From Octopus sinensis (lineage: Eukaryota): a stretch of 64,000 nt of DNA. Shown piece after piece: positions 56,852 to 64,000 of this stretch. Under the pieces are notes generated by a model, which saw nothing but the letters and a program-made list of their open reading frames with translations, did no database searches and was not told the origin of the DNA. Position 1 is the stretch's first letter. Each line of letters begins with the position of its first letter. The stretch covers positions 49,662,001-49,726,000 of the forward strand of contig NC_043004.1 in assembly GCF_006345805.1 (NCBI RefSeq), in the 5' to 3' direction. Both the position numbers and the translations under genes were made by a program.

Positions 56852-58272
56852 TATATATATATACATATGTATGTATAACACTGAGTCTTCCTTCTTCCTC
56901 ATTGGCCACCAATATGGCATTCGTAGACTCAGCTGTACTGGTCACTTGCTTTCCTTTGTCACAAGCGATTTCTCCCTCTTGAGGATGTAATTATTGCCAT
57001 TTATATTTGCGAACCTGTCCAACAGTTCTTCATCTCTTTGATTGACAGTTTCCTACTAGGCCATACTATTGCTGATAGAACTATCTGATCTGCGCTTATT
57101 CAACTCAGGTACCCGAAAGTACTGTTATATTTTTTTTGTAACCTCCCTTAAAAAACATAGTAATTTTAATAACATACATCAACAATTCTGTGGCGAATTA
57201 GCAGAGTCGTGAAAATTTCGGGTATAACAAGTCGCGGTATTTCTTCTGTCTTAGTGCCGAGTTCAAATCCCACCGTGCTCAACTCGCCCTTCAACCATCT
57301 TTTAAGGGTAGCAATCCGAGGCGGGGGATTGGCGGTAATATAAAATGTCAAGGCAGATGTTTTGCGGCATTCATTCCGGCAGTTTGCACTTAGCAGTGTC
57401 CATTCTGTTGCTTACATTTGCGAAGGGTTTCTGGTTTGACAAAAGCTTCCTCCTTCCCTTACCCCACAAAACTCGGAAGGACTGAAAAAAGCGTCTTGGC
57501 AATATTTCCTCTCCTAACTAAAAGATAAATGCATAAAAAACAAACTCATACATAGTTCCACATTCTCCCGTGTAGAAAATATTACGCTTCATATCTTCTT
57601 AACACAAAGGTGCCATAAACACACACACTTTGGCTAAATCTGTGTTGCCCTCCTGAACAGTGATTTCGAAAATATTCTTCAATAGAATATGGTAATTTAA
57701 ATTCCTTCAAGTACACCATACACATTTGCTATACATATTTCATAAACATTTTTGATCATCACTCCCTTTAAACATGAACAAAACAACAGCTAACATCATA
57801 AATATTTGTACAAAAAGCTTGAACTCACAACCCCTGCAAATCTATCATAGCAACTTTGCCATGATAGTATTTAACATTGCCAGATATCGATCAGAAAAGC
57901 TTGGCTTTCTGCTCAGGGCCAAAAATGCTATTTCTATTGCTGCTAATTTAGAAATCATAAGTAAGACCTAAACTAAGTACTGCTCACATCTACAGAATAT
58001 AAATGCTGATGCACACACTCAGAGACACAAGATTACACTTAAAGAAAGGCGACTCGACTGATCGCCGAAGCCCCACTTGTCCAGTAGCCTACCCATATAT
58101 ACCTCTTCTTTCTTCTTTCTGCATCTCTACTTCTTCTGTAACAGCATCTGCCCATTCTGAACTACCTTGTTACATACTTGCTTCACACAGGACCACCGGC
58201 TCATCTGTCCTCTTTCTGTCTCTTACTATAGTCTCACTTTGCAAATAAACCATTAGTAGACTCCTTAATTAC

Positions 58273-58391
58273 CAAGAATGTAACATTCAGGAATTTTTTC
58301 CTCGGTTTGCAGATCTGTGTCTCCTGTAAATCGAGACACAAGATTCGATTCCCGTAGCTGATGTTCCTTCTTCTTTGCTTCTTCTATCTTT
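58273..58391 (-). CDS. Candidate 119-nt internal exon (KIEEAKKKEHQLRESNLVSRFTGDTDLQTEEKIPECYIL)
   Basis: cacacag| acceptor (weak pyrimidine tract), TTG|GTAATT donor, open frame. Confidence 0.2.
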
Positions 58392-58900
58392 CTGTGTGAT
58401 ATATGCATGCCTGTATGTGTGTGCTTACCAACATAATTTTCCTCCATACTATCGAGAACAAATGAATACACCAGGTAGGTATTATAATTTGTGAAAGAGT
58501 AACATAATTGATACATAGAAATATAAAGAGAAATATTAAACAAATTTTGAAGAGAGAGTGAGTGAGGAAGAAAGAGAGAGAGAGCTGAGAGAGAGAAAAA
58601 GAGAGAGAGAGTGGAAGAGAGACGGAGAGTGATATCTATCAAAAACATTTGCCTTGTGAATAATAATAAGATATACAATTTCTTTAGATTTACTAGCCAT
58701 TACTGTGAAGTTTTACAATCATTAATTGTAAAATCGAGCCTTGATCGAACATAATTATGGTATTCAGTTAGTATATTAATGACTAGATACGATTCATGGA
58801 ACTATTGTTCCCGGTATATGATGTAATTTTCAAAAATAGAAATATCAAAATTTCTAAGTCTCTCTAAAGGAGACTACGGCAGCGGTACTGGAAATTAACG

Positions 58901-59256
58901 GTTTTCGCCAAGCTAATATGGCAGTCCATAAATATAAGACTAAAGCTGCCGTTGATTAACTCCAAGAGGCCATCGCCTCTAGCTAGCTATATGACACACG
59001 AACCTGTGTCCATAATAACCTTCGAACTGGGGAGGTAAATAATCCTTCGAACAGACGGTCAGCAGCGACGCCTGCTGGGTTTGGCTGCTCTGCATTGATA
59101 AAGGGCAAATACCATGAAACATGTCTGCAGAAGCCTGACCAGCAAGAACACAGGTTCGTGTGTCATATAGCTAGCTAGAGGCGATGGCCTCTTGGAGCTA
59201 ATCAACGGCAGCTTTAGTCTTATATTTATGGGCTGCCATATTAGCTTGGCGAAAAC
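58901..59256. mobile_element. MITE with 109-bp TIRs
   Basis: Arms 58901-59009 and 59148-59256 differ at 2 positions. Confidence 0.9.
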
Positions 59257-60359
59257 TGGTGTAATTTTCTTTATTAGTTTGTTACCTTGAAATATATCCT
59301 GACTTTGCTACGCGAAGGACCATAATGTGTACTCGGATGCGTAGTAGTTTATTGAGACACAACATCGCCATTTGCATTTTCCACCGCTCTGTCTTTTTGA
59401 GTGTTGTTGTAGTATGTGTTGCTATTTATTCCAAGGACAGTTCTGATTTAGCAGATTCCCGATCAAAGATATTTCAGCTATGGCCAACAATTCTCTTTTA
59501 GGCAAGATGCCCTTTCTTTTTAAGACAATAGTGTTTAGTTTCAGTAAAATTTGGTTGGTGCTTTACACAGATCTGTTTATCCTGATTTTCATGAAAGTCT
59601 CCCTTCTCGGGTTCGATCTACTGTAAATATCAGCTAAATCGCCCTCAAATTTTAAATCGACTCCAGTACTTGACTGGTACATTATTTTATCAAGGACTCC
59701 CACTGTTAAACGTCCTTATTTGTCCATCATTTGTCTGTTCAGTATGTATAATAACAACTGGTCTACATTTCAACGAGGGAGCCTCTACGTGGTTGCTCGA
59801 CCTGGTCGGTCCAGCATTCAAATCTCACCAAAATCGTGCTCAGCTGTCTCTGAAAAATGTAGTATAGTTATTCATGATGAATTCTCCTGTCGTCTTAATA
59901 AATAGCTTTATTCATAGTCTGATCTGCTAGCCAAAAATAAAAAATGATTTGATCAAGGCAGAACGCCGATCAGAACTATAATGGATTGAACTGGCTGCAG
60001 CAACAAACTGTGCCCCTCACAACTGCCTACCAGCAGCTTTACCAATTACTGTTGTAGTTGAACCCCAGATAAGCCCCACTCCTGCCGTGACAGTTCGGTC
60101 ATTTTTCAGACATGGTATATCTAGAACCACGTTATATAATGTTTTTTTTTTATTAAGACGGTAGAATGTACTTTAAGGGTAAATTGGCTGTTATTACTAG
60201 CAGTCTGTGCTTCTATGCGACCACACAGATCCTTGTCAGTCAGCCCAACTAGTTGTTATAGTAGTTGTTTAGCTTCACGTCAACCCAGATCGATCAGATT
60301 TATGATCAAAGACATTCCAGCAATGACCCGTCTCTTTGGTAGCATCTATAATATCGTGA

Positions 60360-60600
60360 GGGTGTGTGGCATAGTGGTTAGGGCGTTTCGATTCCCGGAC
60401 CGGGCGGTGTGTTGTGTTCTTGAGCAAAACACAACATTTCACGTTGTTCTGTGATCGTTTCGACATCTGACATGTGACACACTGTGTACAGGCAATGTCA
60501 ATTTAATGAAGTGGGTGAGCCAATGTACAGCACAAACATTGAATCACTACAAACAAATCATCTGTGAATTTGTTCAGCAAGAAATTACAGAACGCTTGTC
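60360..60600 (+). mobile_element. SINE with a family-C-like head and a different body
   Basis: tggcatagtgg A box, ttcgattccc B box, ttgagcaaaacac. Confidence 0.6.
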
Positions 60601-62160
60601 TGTCGTCTACGACAGGAGAATTCATGTATAACTACACTAAATTATTCAGAGACAGTTGAGCGTGATTTGAGAGAGATGTAATTGCTATACCTAACAGGTC
60701 GAGCGACCACGAAGAGGCTCCCTCGTTGAAACGTAGATAAGTTGTTATTTTAAAATAATTCTACTTGTCATTGCGTTATTTAGCCTGTCGTTAATGCTTT
60801 CATGTGATTAGAGAAAAAGAAGGAGGGAGAAAAGAGGGATAGAGAAGATGGCGGTGATAGTGGTGGAGGTGGCTGTGGTAACTGAATAGGGAAAAGAGTA
60901 TTTTTTAAAAATTCAACAAAGTTTTTTTTTATATCACCTATCACTTAACACATGAGCATAAGTGCAATTTTGTGAAATATTCACGCTCATTTACGTACCA
61001 GATATCACATGTACAGGATATATTTTTTGCTTATGGGGAAATGAGAAAATAAGAGTGAATATTTATTTTTTGTATGCTGTGTATTAAGTCTATAAAAATT
61101 GTGCATACAATATATAAATTGTATATATAAAGTGTATTAAGTAATCATCGTTTTCCAATTTCTTTCACTCTTCAATGAGCAGCAGATGAGCGACTATCTT
61201 TCCATACAGACACAACACAGGCTACGCTTTCAGTTTTTAGATAAAGTTTTCAGAAACAAACCAATAGGTTTACCATTAATTCCATGAAATATTCACGGGT
61301 CCCGCTAGTAATTTATATTGGACAGGAAAATGACAGACAAATAAGGAGGTTTAACAGTGGGCGCTCTTGGTAAAATAATGTACTAGTCAAGTACTGGAGT
61401 TGATTTAATCGACTGAAACTGGAGTTTCCGAGGTTTCTTTAAGCAATGAAACTACGGCTAAGAAATCCGAACAAACTTTATTACTATCTGAACTCAATAA
61501 GCCTTTCAGGTTTGAAGTCATGAAATTTTCTAAACGTAAAACTCTTGGTTTGATTTGCACCCTCAAATCTACTTCTATATAAAATACATCTATATTTGTT
61601 GTTATCCTAAATATATAGTTTTGCGTGCACGTGTATATTGATGCGAGTGTGCGCATCTGTACATGGGTGAGCACGCGCACGTTTGCACACACACACACAC
61701 ACGCACACACACACACACACAGAGACACACACACAAACACACACACACAAACTCACAAACACACACACGCTTGGACGAACACGCGCGCGCGTATGCACAC
61801 ACGTACACACATATACGAACACATGCACACACATACACGCATATTCATTTATATGTACACATGTATATTCGCATGCATGTACGGATGCATACCAGTGTGT
61901 GCGTGCACATGTGCATTCGCACGCGCACGTACGCGAGTATACACGGTTAAAACAAGGGACGACCTTCCCCTACCAACTGCAGCGTACCTTCTGGTCTTAA
62001 CAATCAACTTCTGTCATGCAAATTCAAAATGGCTGATGACTAGCATCACGCTTGAAACTCAAGAGTACCAACGAATTTGAATCAAACTGTTTTGATCGAT
62101 CCATATATTTATACATACATACATACATAATACATACATACATAAATACATACATATATA

Positions 62161-62240
<80 letters not shown>

Positions 62241-62331
62241 CAGGGAGAATTCACAAAAAATTCAAAAGACGAAGACAGGTGGTGTAGACAAGAAACAGAT
62301 GTATTAGTATAACGCTCGGGAAGTGAAAAGT

Positions 62332-62367
62332 CTTTAACGTTTCGAGCCTACGCTCTTCCACAGAAAG
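62332..62367 (-). ncRNA. Hammerhead-like motif, third copy of the A6U family
   Basis: Identical to 55154-55189. Confidence 0.55.
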
Positions 62368-62405
62368 GAACATAGAAAGAAACAAGGAGAGAAAATAGTC
62401 GCTAG

Positions 62406-62440
<35 letters not shown>

Positions 62441-63628
62441 CAGGGTGTGTAAGGTTTTTGAGGACATACCTTTTTAAGATCATTGCTACGTTTTTTATTA
62501 ACCTTGTATAATATTTTTTTCAAAAAATAACAAGGCAGACGCTCTGCTTACTCAAGAAATGAAGAGGCATGCTGTTATTGTGATTATAGAGGCTGAGCAT
62601 AGTGATTTAGAAATATCTCGAGTTTTAGAAGTTGCCAGATCTTTCGCCTACAAAGTTTGTAAAGAGCTAGAGACTGAAGATGGAAACGTATCACTAGTAT
62701 CAAAACATAAAAAGAATTCTAAAAACTCTGAAATCATCAGAACACCAATAAGTTCAATAGACCATTGATTTCAATCCCAGAAAGTCCATGATGCCAATTG
62801 CAAAAGATCTCTATGTGTGAGAAGGAGCAGTTAGAAATGTTGTCCACGAAGACATCGGATATAAGTCTTATATAAGGAAAGGTCAATTTGTCCGAGAAAG
62901 CAAAAGAAAATCACTATATCAGATCTATAAGGCTCTTAAACAAACTGAAAAATCCAACAGGAGAAGATTTGATTTGGTTTGTCTTAAACGAGAAAAACTT
63001 GACCAAGATCAAAAAGTTAACATAAGAAATGACAGACGATTATCTGCAGACCCTTCTGCAGTTCCAAGCGTTATGCATACAAAATTTCCTGAAACTGCTA
63101 TGGTTTTAGTGGTTGTCAGCAATGAAGGGTATGTGATGCCTCCTTACTTGTTTCTACAAAGCCTTAGAGTTAACCCTGCCACCTTGAGTTTCAGTAAGAT
63201 TATACTATCACACATGGTTCAAGTAACACAGGAATGGATAGCTGAAAGTTTTCTTGATCACGTAACCTCTAACATTTGGCCTCCTAATTCCCCAGATCTC
63301 AATCCATTGGACTATTAAATGAGGAGCGTTGTTGATAGAGAGGTCAGTGAACACGCCCATAACACTAAAGATTCTATGAAAGCTGCCATAGTCAGATTAA
63401 TGTCCAAAATGTGACCAGGACCACTTGATTCAAGCATGTAGATGTTTTATATCTCATATAGAAGCAATTGTTGAAGCCGAAGGTGGCTTTATTGAATAAC
63501 ATTATAGAAAAGAAGGTTCATTTTTATCCTCATAGCAATTTTTGATAAATAAAGTTATTATCTGTTATTATATATCTTTTTTTTTTTTAATAAACATAAA
63601 TATGTCCTCAAATATCTTACACACCCTG
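62441..63628 (+). mobile_element. maT/DD37D-like transposon with both TIRs and a decayed transposase
   Basis: 28-bp TIRs with 2 mismatches (cagggtgtgtaag..tttgaggacata), TA TSDs, MKRHAVIV...HTKFPETAMVLVVVSNEG.VMPP...WPPNSPDLNPLDY; internal deletion and stops. Confidence 0.92.
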
Positions 63629-63815
63629 TATAATCTCAAGTATAAACAGCCGAAGTTGCAAAGATAATCTGGAACTCGACTGAGGAAAGAAAACTTCGAA
63701 TGACCCGTCCGTGTTTTTTCTTGACCCTCTTTTGTATCATCTATCTGGATGTTTTGTTGTCCTTTTTTGTATCATTTTTTTGTGTCTGGATGTTCTTGTC
63801 CCATTTTTTGTACTT

Positions 63816-63854
<39 letters not shown>

Positions 63855-64000
63855 AAGACAGGACTGTATTAGCTTAGTACTGTTTCTGCTACAAGATGCA
63901 GTGCATTTCACTTTTGAAGCAATAAGGTGATGCACATGCACTCATCTCTGCGTGCACTGCATATTATCGCAGAATCAACTGTAAGCTAATGAATTTCATT

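Noticed and set aside
58320-58360. B-box-like gattcgattccc with an adjacent hairpin
   Set aside because: No cloverleaf or A box; not a tRNA
62670-62692. ga CTGAAGA tg GAAACGTA tc
   Set aside because: No stem II, and it lies inside a transposase coding frame; coincidence

Overview
Eukaryotic, repeat-saturated DNA. The SINE families, microsatellite density and transposon mix point to an Octopus (coleoid cephalopod) genome; this is recognition, not a database hit. No intact protein-coding gene could be recognised. Nearly all listed ORFs are translations of (TA)n, (TACA)n, (CA)n, (GA)n or triplet microsatellites, or decayed transposon frames. The window holds: about 20 tRNA-derived SINE copies from 3 families; three maT/DD37D-like and two mariner-type DNA transposon relics; Tc1 and hAT relics; non-autonomous Helitrons; a Gypsy gag/integrase relic; RTE, CR1/Jockey-like and two R4/Dong-clade LINE relics; Penelope-like (PLE) fragments; and many palindromic (foldback/MITE) elements. 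The two most interesting signals are these. (1) At least three unrelated short non-coding modules embedded in (TA)n each carry a minimal type-I hammerhead ribozyme fold with a palindromic stem III: one canonical core (36139-36201), a U3:A8 covariant core (42643-42678, 50601-50637), and an A6U plus extra-A core (55154, 55708, 62332). (2) A (TAA)n-targeted composite of a Dong-like LINE and a 556-bp non-coding element sits beside an empty-site sister copy of the host repeat. A few splice-compatible candidate exons are listed at low confidence. Ribozyme folds were paired by eye and are untested.
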